A stretch of DNA of 64,000 bases from an uncultured Pelagibacteraceae bacterium (GTDB lineage: Bacteria > Pseudomonadota > Alphaproteobacteria > Pelagibacterales > Pelagibacteraceae), in the NCBI GenBank assembly GCA_902514805.1, contig CABXSF010000001.1:14757-78756 (forward strand). The letters are read 5' to 3'. Below, piece by piece: positions 11,135 to 21,242 of the stretch. The translations under genes were made by a program, and so were the position numbers. The notes under the pieces were generated by a model. It searched no databases and was not told the DNA's origin. It worked only from the letters and a program-made list of their open reading frames with translations. Position 1 is the first letter of the stretch. Each line of letters opens with the position of its first letter.

Positions 11135-11790
11135 TTTTTTTTCAAAGACTTTTTTAAAAATATTTGATGTTCTTTAAGCTCACTAGCGGTAGGTTGAATT
11201 ATATCCTTGCAGAAATTAATTTTTGAATTTTCGTTATTTTTTATTTCACCTTTTTCTTCTAAGAAGTTTAATTTTGGCTCTTTTTGATCGATTAGGTTTA
11301 CATAAACTTTTGATAATAATTCACAGTCAATCAAGGCTGTATGTAATTTTCTTTTTGAATTATCAATTCGAAATTTTTTGCATAATGCGTCAAGACTTAT
11401 TTGTGAACCTGGAAATTTCTCTCTTGCTATATCTAGAGTATCAATAACCTGGTCTTTTAATATTGGCTTTTTTCCCAATATCTTTAACTCATTATTTAAA
11501 TGAGATAGATCAAACTGGGCATTGTGTATAATTAATTTTTTATCTCCTATAAATTCTATAAAATCTTCTGCTATTTCATGGAATTTTTTTTTATCAGAAA
11601 GAAATTCGTCAGAGTATCCATGAACTTTAAAGGCTTCTTCTGAAACTTTTCTTTGTGGGTTTAGATAACAATGAAATCTATTCGAAGTTAAAATTTGGTC
11701 CTCAAGTTCAATACAACCTATCTCAACTATTCGATGACCACTTTCAACCGACAGACCGGTTGTTTCAGTGTCTAATACAATTTCTCTCAT
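11125..11790 (-). CDS. dnaQ: DNA polymerase III epsilon subunit
   Basis: VLDTETTG, HRIVEIG, HNAQFD, H.AL.D (DEDDh). Confidence 0.96.
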   Translation of the reverse strand: MREIVLDTETTGLSVESGHRIVEIGCIELEDQILTSNRFHCYLNPQRKVSEEAFKVHGYSDEFLSDKKKFHEIAEDFIEFIGDKKLIIHNAQFDLSHLNNELKILGKKPILKDQVIDTLDIAREKFPGSQISLDALCKKFRIDNSKRKLHTALIDCELLSKVYVNLIDQKEPKLNFLEEKGEIKNNENSKINFCKDIIQPTASELKEHQIFLKKSLKKNYF

Positions 11791-12359
11791 TTACTAATTT
11801 CTTTTAAAATTAATTTTACATTTTTCTTTGCAGTCTTGCTAATAAAATTATTTTTTATAAAGAAAGTTGATTTTTTTTTCTTTACTCTTATTGGTAATTG
11901 GTTTTTTCTAAGTATATTTATCAACTTAAGATTGATATTTTTTCTTTTATTGATCTTATCTGCAATTTTTTTTTTATCAGCCTCAATGAAAATAATAATA
12001 TCTTTTTTTGTATTATGTTTGTTTTCTAAAAATAAAGGTACATCAAGTATAACAAATTTTTTTTTTCTGTATTTGTTTAAAAAGTCTCGCATTTTTTTCC
12101 TTACTTGCGGGTGTACTATTCTGGTCAGGATTTTTAAATTATTTGGTTTTTGCAAGATTATTTTCAATAGTTCTTCTTTATTAAGAGGAAAATTACTGAT
12201 TTTTCGAGGAAATCTTTTCTTAATTTTTTTGAATAAATATTTATCTTTTTTGTAAAGATTTGAGACAATTAGATCGGCATTAAAAACTGGATACTTAAAT
12301 AATTTTGAGAAAAAGGTCTTTCCTGAACCTATATCACCAACCAATACAATTCTTCTCAT
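11787..12359 (-). CDS. coaE: Dephospho-CoA kinase
   Basis: GDIGSGKT, NAD.IV, IVHP.V, DVPLFLE; sits between aroE and dnaQ. Confidence 0.92.
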   Translation of the reverse strand: MRRIVLVGDIGSGKTFFSKLFKYPVFNADLIVSNLYKKDKYLFKKIKKRFPRKISNFPLNKEELLKIILQKPNNLKILTRIVHPQVRKKMRDFLNKYRKKKFVILDVPLFLENKHNTKKDIIIFIEADKKKIADKINKRKNINLKLINILRKNQLPIRVKKKKSTFFIKNNFISKTAKKNVKLILKEISK

Positions 12360-13144
12360 TTTAAAATTTCTATTGTTTCTTCATCAATCTTCGGTAAGAC
12401 CTTGTTCCATAAAGCAAAAGATTGATGGGCTTGATATATAAACATCATCCTGCCATTTTCTATTTTATTTCCACTCTGCTTTGCGTTTTTTAAAAAATTT
12501 GTTTCATTTGGATTATAAATTACATCATAAAAAAACCTGTTATTGCCCAATTTTTTAAAGTCTAAAATGAAATTTTCATTTTTTAAACCAACGCTTGTTG
12601 CATTAATAACTATATCGAATTCAGGTATATTTCCCCACCTTTCAATTTTAATCTCCTTAAAAATTTCCTTAATTTTTTCTGCATTTTCCAAAGTTCTATT
12701 GGTTAAAGAAATATCTTCACAACCCATATTTTTTAAAGCAAAAATAATAGATGGGCTGACTCCTCCAGCCCCTATGATAAAAGCTTTTTTTCTTTTCACA
12801 TCATAATTTATGTACCTTATCGCTAACTCGAATCCAGCAATATCTGTGTTGTGGCCTATTATTTTATCTCCTTCTTTACACAAAGTATTTACTGAGTTAG
12901 TCTTTTTTGCCTCTAAACTTAGATCGTCTAAAAAAGGGATTACAGTATTTTTAAAAGGAACTGTCACGTTGACACCACTTATTTCTGCTTTTCTTAAACT
13001 TCCAACTAATTCAGGAATTTCATCTTTTTTCAAAAGTTTTTTTTCATAAATCGCATTAATTTTATTCCTTTTAAACCAAAAATTATGGAGTTTTGGAGAC
13101 AAAGAATGATCGATCGGATTTCCTATGACGCAAAATTTTTTCAT
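12356..13144 (-). CDS. aroE: Shikimate dehydrogenase
   Basis: GNPIDHSLSP, NVTVPFK, SVNT, NTD, GAGG, NRT, YDVIYNP. Confidence 0.97.
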   Translation of the reverse strand: MKKFCVIGNPIDHSLSPKLHNFWFKRNKINAIYEKKLLKKDEIPELVGSLRKAEISGVNVTVPFKNTVIPFLDDLSLEAKKTNSVNTLCKEGDKIIGHNTDIAGFELAIRYINYDVKRKKAFIIGAGGVSPSIIFALKNMGCEDISLTNRTLENAEKIKEIFKEIKIERWGNIPEFDIVINATSVGLKNENFILDFKKLGNNRFFYDVIYNPNETNFLKNAKQSGNKIENGRMMFIYQAHQSFALWNKVLPKIDEETIEILK

Positions 13145-13725
13145 TTTATATTATCCAAATATTGTTTGATGCTTTTAATTGGAAGACCCATTATTGTATT
13201 AACCTCTCCCTTAATATCACTGAATAAATTTTTTCCTTCACCTTCTATTTGATAAACATTATACGAATACAAATTTTCATCCGAAATTTTTCCGAGATAA
13301 ACTTTGAGCTCTTTTTGAGTTAAATTTTTCATTTTCATCTCAGCTTTTTCTGTATAATTCCATATCATTTTTCCATCTAAAGAAATGCATACTGAGCTTA
13401 TGAGATGATGAGTCTTTCCATTTAATAGATTCAAAATATTCATTGCTTCTTCTCTATTTATTGGCTTCGAGATTAATTTACCATTAAAATCAATAACACT
13501 ATCAGCACCTAAAACTATTTTTCCTAATTTCTTTTGACTAACTTTGTTTGCCTTTAATTCAGCTAAGTTCTTGGATATAAGTTCTGGGGTTGCTCCTTGA
13601 TTTAATAGAGACTTCTTTACTTCAGCTTCATCTAAATTGGAAGGTTCAACGGTACATTTGATTTTATTTTCATCCAAAATTTTTTTTCTTACCTCGCTTT
13701 TAGATGCTAATATTATTGATTTCAT
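13141..13725 (-). CDS. maf: Maf family nucleotide pyrophosphatase
   Basis: IILAS.S..R, A..KA, GAD, KP, IMGLP. Confidence 0.9.
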   Translation of the reverse strand: MKSIILASKSEVRKKILDENKIKCTVEPSNLDEAEVKKSLLNQGATPELISKNLAELKANKVSQKKLGKIVLGADSVIDFNGKLISKPINREEAMNILNLLNGKTHHLISSVCISLDGKMIWNYTEKAEMKMKNLTQKELKVYLGKISDENLYSYNVYQIEGEGKNLFSDIKGEVNTIMGLPIKSIKQYLDNIK

Positions 13726-14543
13726 TTTTGGTTGAAAATATCATGTATCTTAAGAATTGAGGCGGCCGTTTCCTCTACAGATTTTCTTGTTACATCAATG
13801 CTTGGCCATTTATATTTTTGAAAAAGTTTCCGTGCATCTTCCATTTCTTTTTGTACTATATCTAAATTTGTATATTCTGTACTTTCATTGTCTTTAATAG
13901 ATTGCATTCTGTTTTTGCGTAAATCTACAAGTCTAACGGGCTCTGCAGTTAAACCGACTACACATTTCTTTTGGGGGTCTTTTTTTAATATAGCAGGAAC
14001 AGAGTTTTCATTCACTAAAGGTATATTTGATATCTTCATTCCTTTGTTTGCGAGATAAATTGAGGTTGGTGTTTTACTAGTCCTGCTCACCCCAAGGAGA
14101 ATAATATCAGATTTTTCTATATCGCTAACAGAATTTCCATCATCATGATTCATTGTAAATTGTATGGCTTCAATTTTTTTATAGTATTCATCATCCATTA
14201 CATGCTGTCTACTTGGAACATTAAGCGCTTTTTGATCTAAGAGTTTTGAAAAGCGTATAATTAAATCCCCAAGAATGCCAAAACAGGGAATGTTTTTTTT
14301 ATTGCATTCGCCTGACAAATGCTTTGCTAATTTATTATCAACTATTGTATATAAAACTATCGAATTGCTATTTTTCTCTGAAGCTTCCAAGATTTTTGAA
14401 ATTTGGTTTTCTGTTCTTGTAAAAGAGTAAAAATGAGTTTTATAATTAAAATTTTTGAACTGAGCTTTAATTGCAAGAAATATTCTTTCTAGTGTTTCTC
14501 CTGTAGAGTCGGAGATAAGATATATATCGTATGTATTAATCAT
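13722..14543 (-). CDS. Kinase/pyrophosphorylase, PPDK/PEP-synthase regulatory protein (DUF299)
   Basis: ISDSTGET, HDDG, GVSRTSKTPTS.YLA, IDVT.KSVEETA. Confidence 0.93.
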   Translation of the reverse strand: MINTYDIYLISDSTGETLERIFLAIKAQFKNFNYKTHFYSFTRTENQISKILEASEKNSNSIVLYTIVDNKLAKHLSGECNKKNIPCFGILGDLIIRFSKLLDQKALNVPSRQHVMDDEYYKKIEAIQFTMNHDDGNSVSDIEKSDIILLGVSRTSKTPTSIYLANKGMKISNIPLVNENSVPAILKKDPQKKCVVGLTAEPVRLVDLRKNRMQSIKDNESTEYTNLDIVQKEMEDARKLFQKYKWPSIDVTRKSVEETAASILKIHDIFNQK

Positions 14544-14821
14544 GTATAAAAAGTATAACTATGTGTATAAGTTGCTTCATAAATTTAAAAAAAATCAATT
14601 CAGAGATTTTAATGTATAAGTGTTTATTTATACACATTTTAAACTATGTTAATAAATATTATACTTTTTAGAATAAAAAATGTTAATTAATTAAAAGATA
14701 AAGAATTCTGGGGGATATTTAATAAATCTTATGTGAAAAAACTGTTATAAACATGTAAAAAAACAATAATTCCCATTATTAACAGTACATACTACAAATA
14801 ATATAAATAATATTTAATTAT
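14544..14821. other. oriC: Probable chromosomal replication origin oriC
   Basis: Largest intergenic region in the window (278 bp, very AT-rich), between DUF299 and hemE, which is the known alphaproteobacterial origin location. DnaA-box matches: TGTGTATAA 14562-14570, TTATACACA 14628-14636, TGTGAAAAA 14732-14740; one-mismatch boxes TGTTAATAA 14647-14655, TTATAAACA 14745-14753, TTATTAACA 14776-14784. Flanking genes diverge. Confidence 0.85.
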
Positions 14822-15829
14822 ATGAATACTCTCATACAAAACTGCATTAATAAAAAACTTTCAAAAACACCAATATGGTTAATGAGACAGGCAGGAAGAT
14901 ATTTGCCAGAATTTAGATCTATAAGAAAAAAGAACCAAGATTTTATTAAATTATGTTTAAACACTAAACTATCATCAGAAATAACCATGCAACCAATCAC
15001 CAGGTTTGATTTTGATGCAGCTATAATTTTTTCCGATATACTTCTAGTTCCGTATGCGCTCGGTCAACAAGTAAGTTTTGAAAAAAATTTCGGACCTAAC
15101 CTACAAAAAATTAATCTCAAAACATTAAATGAGATTAAAAAAGAGGACTTTCTTAAAAAATTAGATCCGGTTTATAAAACAATTAAAAAAATAAAAACTA
15201 AGTTATCTGTAAACAATAAGGACACAATAGGCTTTGTAGGAGCACCATGGACCTTGTTATTATATATGCTTAACAGAAAGTCTCCCAAAGGAGCAAATTT
15301 TAATGTGTTTCCAAAAGATAAGCATACCAACGATATTATGGTAAAGTTGGATAAATTTCTAAAAATACACATAGAAGCTCAAATTAAAAGTGGTGTATCT
15401 ATAATTCAAATATTTGACAGTTGGGCTGGACTTCTCCAAGAAAAGGATTTGGAATATTTTGTATACAAGCCCATCAAAAGTTTAGTTGATTTTATTAAAC
15501 AAAAAAAAACAGTCTCAATTTGTTTCCCAAGAAATATTAATAATTACAAAAAATTCGTAGAAAATGTAAACCCAGATGTAATTAGTATTGATTATAACAC
15601 AGATCCTACGATAATAAGAGATACTGTTGATATTACTGTTCAAGGCGGCCTTGATCCGAAAATTCTACTTCAAAACAAAGAAATTATTAGAAATGAAGTG
15701 ACAAAATACTTAAAAACTTTTGATGGAAAAAGATATATATTCAACTTAGGACATGGAGTTTTACCAAATACCAACCCAAATATGGTTAAATATTTAGTAG
15801 ACGTAGTAAGGAGTTTTAATGGAAAGTAA
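14822..15829 (+). CDS. hemE: Uroporphyrinogen decarboxylase
   Basis: PIWLMRQAGRYLPE, AAIIFSDIL, GF.GAPWT, QIFDSW, FNLGHG. Confidence 0.97.
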   Translation: MNTLIQNCINKKLSKTPIWLMRQAGRYLPEFRSIRKKNQDFIKLCLNTKLSSEITMQPITRFDFDAAIIFSDILLVPYALGQQVSFEKNFGPNLQKINLKTLNEIKKEDFLKKLDPVYKTIKKIKTKLSVNNKDTIGFVGAPWTLLLYMLNRKSPKGANFNVFPKDKHTNDIMVKLDKFLKIHIEAQIKSGVSIIQIFDSWAGLLQEKDLEYFVYKPIKSLVDFIKQKKTVSICFPRNINNYKKFVENVNPDVISIDYNTDPTIIRDTVDITVQGGLDPKILLQNKEIIRNEVTKYLKTFDGKRYIFNLGHGVLPNTNPNMVKYLVDVVRSFNGK

Positions 15830-16820
15830 TCATCCCCAAGTAAATTTTGGGAAAACTGGTGTTTTATTAATTAATCTTGGAACGCCTGACTCGACAAATT
15901 GGTGGGATATTAGAAAATATTTAAATGAGTTTCTATCAGACAGACGTGTTATCGAGGTAAATCCTTTTTTGTGGAAGATAATATTAAATCTATTTATTTT
16001 AACATTTAGACCATCTAAAACAGCTAAGGCATATAAAGAAATATGGATGAAAGATGAAAATATTTCACCATTACGCTACTACACCATTAAACAAACTGAG
16101 AAGGTAAGATCCTTTATATCCAATAAAAATTTAATAATTGATTATGCGATGAGATATGGAAATCCAAGCATCAAAAGTAAAATGTTAGATTTACAAGAAA
16201 GCGGGTGCGAAAACATAATAATACTTCCCCTGTACCCTCAGTATGCGGCAGCAACAACAGCTACAGTTTGTGATGAGGTTTATAGGACTTTGATGAAGAT
16301 GAGATGGCAGCCCAGCCTACAAATTATTCCTCATTATGAGTCAGAGCCACTTTACATTCAAGCTATAGTAAATTCTATCAATCATAAACTGAGAAGTATT
16401 AATTGGAACCCTGATCTTATATTAGCTTCTTATCACGGTATACCAAAAAAATATTTTGATAAAGGCGACCCCTATCATTGTTATTGTCATAAAACCTCTA
16501 GATTAATTAAAGAAACATTTGATAAAGACATACCCATTTTGACAACCTTCCAATCAAGATTTGGTCCTCAAGAATGGCTTCAACCTTATACAGATAAAAC
16601 TTTAGAAAACTTACCCAAAGAGGGAAAAAAAAACATTTTGGTAATTTCTCCTGGTTTCTCTTCAGATTGCGTTGAAACACTTGAGGAAATCTCTATTCAG
16701 GGTAAAGAAAGCTTTTTAGAGGCTGGTGGGGAAAAATTCGACACAATCCCTTGCTTAAATGACAACGAAGATCATATAAAATTATTAGTGCACTTAATCA
16801 GTAAGAGTTTAGGAAAATGA
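15819..16820 (+). CDS. hemH: Ferrochelatase
   Basis: LLINLGTP, FLSD.RV, MRYG.P, PLYPQY, SYHG.P, FQSRFG..WL.P, DCVETLEEI. Confidence 0.97.
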   Translation: MESNHPQVNFGKTGVLLINLGTPDSTNWWDIRKYLNEFLSDRRVIEVNPFLWKIILNLFILTFRPSKTAKAYKEIWMKDENISPLRYYTIKQTEKVRSFISNKNLIIDYAMRYGNPSIKSKMLDLQESGCENIIILPLYPQYAAATTATVCDEVYRTLMKMRWQPSLQIIPHYESEPLYIQAIVNSINHKLRSINWNPDLILASYHGIPKKYFDKGDPYHCYCHKTSRLIKETFDKDIPILTTFQSRFGPQEWLQPYTDKTLENLPKEGKKNILVISPGFSSDCVETLEEISIQGKESFLEAGGEKFDTIPCLNDNEDHIKLLVHLISKSLGK

Positions 16821-17257
16821 ATTTTTACCTAATATTTAAATCTCTACATTTAATTGCAGTAATTTCTTGGATGGCTGGATTACTTTACTTGCCAAGAATA
16901 TTTGTTTATCACTCAGAAAACTCATCAAATATCGAGGTCAGTAAAGTTTTTAAAGTAATGGAGAGAAAATTATATTTCTACATTATGTATCCAGCAATGT
17001 TACTGTCATGGATATTTGGTTTAGTTTTAATACATTCGGTTGGTGCTGAATTATTAAATGCATTATGGATGCAAGTTAAATTATTTTTGGTAATTATTTT
17101 AACTGCTTATCACTTTTATCTTGGATCGTGTTTGAAAGCATTTTCAATCGACAGTAACACTTCTAGCTCAAGATATTTTAGGCTTATCAATGAAATACCA
17201 ACTATATTGTTAATTTTAATTGTATTTTTTGCAATTTTAAAGCCATTAGGAGGTTGA
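16817..17257 (+). CDS. hemJ: Protoporphyrinogen oxidase HemJ
   Basis: [30 protein letters not shown]. Confidence 0.95.
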   Translation: MNFYLIFKSLHLIAVISWMAGLLYLPRIFVYHSENSSNIEVSKVFKVMERKLYFYIMYPAMLLSWIFGLVLIHSVGAELLNALWMQVKLFLVIILTAYHFYLGSCLKAFSIDSNTSSSRYFRLINEIPTILLILIVFFAILKPLGG

Positions 17258-17281
17258 AATATCAAAAATATCCACTATATT
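17254..17281 (+). promoter_or_regulatory. Putative sigma70 promoter of rho
   Basis: TTGAAA (17254-17259), 16 nt, TATATT (17276-17281). Confidence 0.5.
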
Positions 17282-17309
17282 AAATTTACCAATTTACTTA
17301 TTTCCCCAA

Positions 17310-18581
17310 ATGAAAATCCAAGAACTTAAAAAAAATAGTCCAGCACAATTAATTGAACAGGCTGAGAAACTAGGCATTGAAAATGCAAGCACACTCAGAA
17401 AGCAAGAAATTCTGTTCGCTATATTAAAAAAACTTGCTGAAAAAGGTGAAGAAATTACGGGAATGGGAGTTCTTCAACTGCTCCAGGATGGATTTGGATT
17501 CCTAAGAGCATTAGAGTCAAATTATTTACCAGGAGCAGACGATATTTACGTCAGCCCAAGTCAAATTAGAAAATTTGGTTTAAGAACAGGTGACACAGTT
17601 GAAGGACCTGTTAGAGCGCCCAAAGAAGGAGAAAGATATTTTGCTTTGCTTCAAGTGAGTAAAATAAATCTTGAAGATCCTGAAAAATCTAGGCACAAAA
17701 TTGCTTTTGATAACTTAACTCCATTGTATCCTAACAAACAAATAGTTATGGAAGTTGAAACAAGTACAGTTGAGAAAAAGCCAAATTTAACTCCAAGATT
17801 AATTGATCTTGTAAGTCCAATAGGTAAGGGCCAAAGATCTTTAATCATATCTCCACCTAAAGCAGGTAAGACAATGATATTACAAAGCATAGCTAACTCT
17901 ATTACTGCAAATCATCCAGAATGTTACTTGATGGTTCTACTTATTGATGAAAGACCTGAAGAAGTAACAGATATGCAACGAACAGTTAAAGGTGAAGTAA
18001 TAAGTTCAACTTTTGATGAACCCGCACAAAGACACGTGGCGGTGGCAGAAATGGTTATAGAGAAAGCTAAGAGAATGACGGAGCATAAAAAGGATGTGGT
18101 TATTCTTTTAGACTCAATAACTAGACTTGGAAGAGCTTATAACGCCGTAGTCCCTAGTTCCGGTAAAGTTTTAACTGGTGGTGTTGATGCTAATGCTCTT
18201 CAAAGACCCAAAAGATTTTTTGGAGCAGCTAGAAATATTGAAGAGGGTGGATCTTTAACGATTATTGCTACGGCCTTAATAGATACAGGTAGCAGAATGG
18301 ACGAAGTCATATTTGAGGAATTTAAAGGGACAGGTAACAGTGAAACTATCCTTGATAGAAAAATATCTGAAAAAAGAATATTTCCGGCGATTGATATTAC
18401 TAAGTCCGGAACAAGACGAGAGGAGCTTCTTTTTGATAGAAATGATTTGCAAAAAATGAATGTTCTAAGACGTATAATAGCTCCAATGGGATCAATGGAC
18501 GCCATTGAATTTATAAATTCTAAGCTTAAAAATACCAAAAGTAATACAGAGTTTTTTAACTCAATGAATAAACCTTCATAG
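17310..18581 (+). CDS. rho: Transcription termination factor Rho
   Basis: [51 protein letters not shown]. Confidence 0.98.
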   Translation: MKIQELKKNSPAQLIEQAEKLGIENASTLRKQEILFAILKKLAEKGEEITGMGVLQLLQDGFGFLRALESNYLPGADDIYVSPSQIRKFGLRTGDTVEGPVRAPKEGERYFALLQVSKINLEDPEKSRHKIAFDNLTPLYPNKQIVMEVETSTVEKKPNLTPRLIDLVSPIGKGQRSLIISPPKAGKTMILQSIANSITANHPECYLMVLLIDERPEEVTDMQRTVKGEVISSTFDEPAQRHVAVAEMVIEKAKRMTEHKKDVVILLDSITRLGRAYNAVVPSSGKVLTGGVDANALQRPKRFFGAARNIEEGGSLTIIATALIDTGSRMDEVIFEEFKGTGNSETILDRKISEKRIFPAIDITKSGTRREELLFDRNDLQKMNVLRRIIAPMGSMDAIEFINSKLKNTKSNTEFFNSMNKPS

Positions 18582-18632
18582 ATCGGGACACGTCTAATAA
18601 TTCATTTAAATTAGTCTTTAATTTGATAATAT

Positions 18633-20339
18633 TTGTTAATGTCTGAAATGAATCTGTCAAAATTAAAAAAACTTTTTCAAGAAAAGAGATATACCGAAAT
18701 TATATTTGATATAGAATCTTCAACTACAGAAAAAAATAGATCATCTGCTTTGCACAATCTACTAGGAGTTTGTAGAGCATCTCAGAAAGGTAAAACCGAC
18801 AGGGATGTTAAATATGCACTTAACGATTTTGAAACTGCTTTTTATGAAGATAATCTTAGCGAAATATCTTTGGAGTCATTGTGTAATCATATAAAGCTTT
18901 GCGCAGAAATGGGTCGAAAAGACTCAGAATTATTGAATAACATGTTAACTTCACAAAAAATGTATTTAGATGCAGAAAAAAAATTTTCTGAAGATGACAA
19001 ATATTTAACACACGGAATTGACTTATATAAATATCTTATAAAACATAATAAAAAAATTTATATATTAGAAAAAATTATTAAATCAAAGGGATTAAATAAG
19101 CTTTTTGGTTCTTCTTATATTACATCACAAATGTATTTAAGTAACTGGAAACAAAAGAATTTTGCAGAATTTCAAAAAAAATTCTCAAATATATTTAGAA
19201 TTCTTGACTCAAAAAAACCTGTCAAAGTTGATTTATCAAAAAAAAAGATAAAAGTTGGTTTTTTATCTCCTGATTTCAAGCAATCTCATTCAATCACTTA
19301 TTTTATAAAAGATCTTATTAAAGATTTAAAACAATCAAAATATGTAACTTTCGGGCTTTCTCTTTTAAAGACTAATCAACGAGATGAGACTACAGATGAA
19401 TTTGCAAATCTCTTCGATGATTGGATTGATCTAGGTGATAAATCAGATCAAGAAATTGTTGATAATATTCAAGACGTAAATATAGATATACTAATTGATC
19501 TTGCAGGTTTGTGGTCATTAAATAGGGTCAATATTTTTAACACAAGAATCTGTCCACTTCAAATTAGTTGGTTGGGTTTTAATAATTCTACTGGTTTCAA
19601 AGAAATAGATTTTATTTTAGCTGATACCAAAACTGTGCAAAATGAAGAGAAAGAATACATAACAAAAATTTATAAACTTCCTCACATTTGGAATTCTCAT
19701 TGTGGTTTTGAGTATAAAAGAGTTTTTAATGAATTACCTTATAAAAGAAATAATTATTTTACGTTTGGTTCACTGAATAATTTTGTCAAAATAAATGAAG
19801 AAGTTTTAAACACATGGATTCAAATACTTAAGAAAGTAAAGAATTCTAAATTAGTTTTAAAATCATCTTTATTTGTCTGCGAAGAAGTTATTAAAAAAAG
19901 GTTTGAAGAGGAGGGTCTAGGTAACTCACTTGAAATACTAAAAAAAACAAAAAGAAAAGATTTTTTATCTCATTTAAATACTTACGATAGAATAGACCTA
20001 TGTCTTGATACTTTCCCATTTACTGGTGTAACAACAACATTTGAAGCTTTATGGAAAAATGTTCCTGTTCTAACAAAAATGGGGTATAATTTTAATTCAA
20101 GGTGTGGCGAAAGTATTTTAAAAAATGCAAACATTAAAAATTTTATTGCTATAAGTAACAGTGATTATATTGATAAGGCTGTTTTTTTTGCAAGCAATAT
20201 AAACGAGTTAGACAAAACCAGAAAAAATCTTTTTGATAAAATTAAAGAAACTCCTTTATTTAATACAAAAGGATTTAGCAATGACTTCTGTGAAGCTTTA
20301 GACAAAATGCAAATGATTGTAAGTAAAAACTATAAGTAG
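18633..20339 (+). CDS. GT41 / SPINDLY-like protein glycosyltransferase (copy 1)
   Basis: KVGFLSPDF..SHSITYF, IDILIDLAG, PLQISWLGF..STG, FGSLNN..KI, DLCLDTFPFTG.TTT.EALW..VPV, SRCG.SIL; helical TPR-like N-terminus. The true start may be ATG 18639 or 18648. Confidence 0.88.
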   Translation: MLMSEMNLSKLKKLFQEKRYTEIIFDIESSTTEKNRSSALHNLLGVCRASQKGKTDRDVKYALNDFETAFYEDNLSEISLESLCNHIKLCAEMGRKDSELLNNMLTSQKMYLDAEKKFSEDDKYLTHGIDLYKYLIKHNKKIYILEKIIKSKGLNKLFGSSYITSQMYLSNWKQKNFAEFQKKFSNIFRILDSKKPVKVDLSKKKIKVGFLSPDFKQSHSITYFIKDLIKDLKQSKYVTFGLSLLKTNQRDETTDEFANLFDDWIDLGDKSDQEIVDNIQDVNIDILIDLAGLWSLNRVNIFNTRICPLQISWLGFNNSTGFKEIDFILADTKTVQNEEKEYITKIYKLPHIWNSHCGFEYKRVFNELPYKRNNYFTFGSLNNFVKINEEVLNTWIQILKKVKNSKLVLKSSLFVCEEVIKKRFEEEGLGNSLEILKKTKRKDFLSHLNTYDRIDLCLDTFPFTGVTTTFEALWKNVPVLTKMGYNFNSRCGESILKNANIKNFIAISNSDYIDKAVFFASNINELDKTRKNLFDKIKETPLFNTKGFSNDFCEALDKMQMIVSKNYK

Positions 20340-21163
20340 CCTAATTCAATCATTTCGTCTTTAAAAATAGTTTCTATTTTTTTTATTAAATCAACTGACA
20401 GTTCTTCTTTCCAAGCACCAGTTTTTCCTTTCCGAAAAAACAATTCCCCCCTTCCCTTTTCTGAAAAACCATCATTCTTTTCCATTTTTTGTAATTCTTC
20501 AAATTGAGTTTGCTTTATCGCTTTTTTAAGCTTTTTTTCGTCAAATTCAGCAGCATCAATTTCTTTTAAATAATTAATTATTTTTGAAAATGTACTATAT
20601 CCATCTAAAAGCATATCCTCATATTTTACAACTAAAGTCTTACAAGATTTATAATTTTTCCAAGATTTATAATGCTCTGACCAAGTACCCATAAGGGCTT
20701 TTTTAAATCTTCTGTTGCCTGATGAAGGATATTCAAAATTGTATGATGAGGAGAAATGTTCAAATGATTTATCGTGTTTAAGATCCATATGATGTGAAAG
20801 AGATATTAAAACATCTCTAGGATCTCTTACAATATAGATTGCCCCTTTAGTATTTCTTTGCGAAGTAAAATGATAGGAATTAATTGAGCACATAGCATTA
20901 TGAGTTTTAACAAAATTTGTTTTTTTATTGAGATTTATATAGTCTTGCATAGCTTCCCAATTTTTAGCTATTTCATCAAACTTATTGTAATCTACTTTAA
21001 ATTTATCCAATAATTCTTGATCTGGAAAACCCTGAGGTTTAAAACTATCGAGAATTGAACCTTCAAGACTAAATTTTTCACCTGGTTTCAGAAAATAACT
21101 TTTTAGAAACATGCGAAGCCAGGTGTTCCCACTTTTCGGATATGAGGCTAACCAAACAATCAT
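20330..21163 (-). CDS. PAPS-dependent sulfotransferase (Sulfotransfer_1/SULT-like)
   Basis: 5'-PSB SYPKSGNTW, KTH catalytic His, 3'-PB YIVRDPRDV.IS, YEDM, FFRKG..G.W. Confidence 0.93.
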   Translation of the reverse strand: MIVWLASYPKSGNTWLRMFLKSYFLKPGEKFSLEGSILDSFKPQGFPDQELLDKFKVDYNKFDEIAKNWEAMQDYINLNKKTNFVKTHNAMCSINSYHFTSQRNTKGAIYIVRDPRDVLISLSHHMDLKHDKSFEHFSSSYNFEYPSSGNRRFKKALMGTWSEHYKSWKNYKSCKTLVVKYEDMLLDGYSTFSKIINYLKEIDAAEFDEKKLKKAIKQTQFEELQKMEKNDGFSEKGRGELFFRKGKTGAWKEELSVDLIKKIETIFKDEMIELGYL

Positions 21164-21242
21164 AAAAATAATAGCGATACTTTTATAAAAAATTCAATAT
21201 ATAATACATTTAAATCTTTTTTAGAATTAATTTTATAAAAAA

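Noticed and set aside
14683-14694. TTAATTAATTAA in oriC as a CtrA site
   Set aside because: The half-sites are not separated by 7 nt.
21181-21240. Two TTTTATAAAA palindromes 50 bp apart in the sulfotransferase/GT41-2 spacer
   Set aside because: Pure A/T words are expected by chance at this composition.
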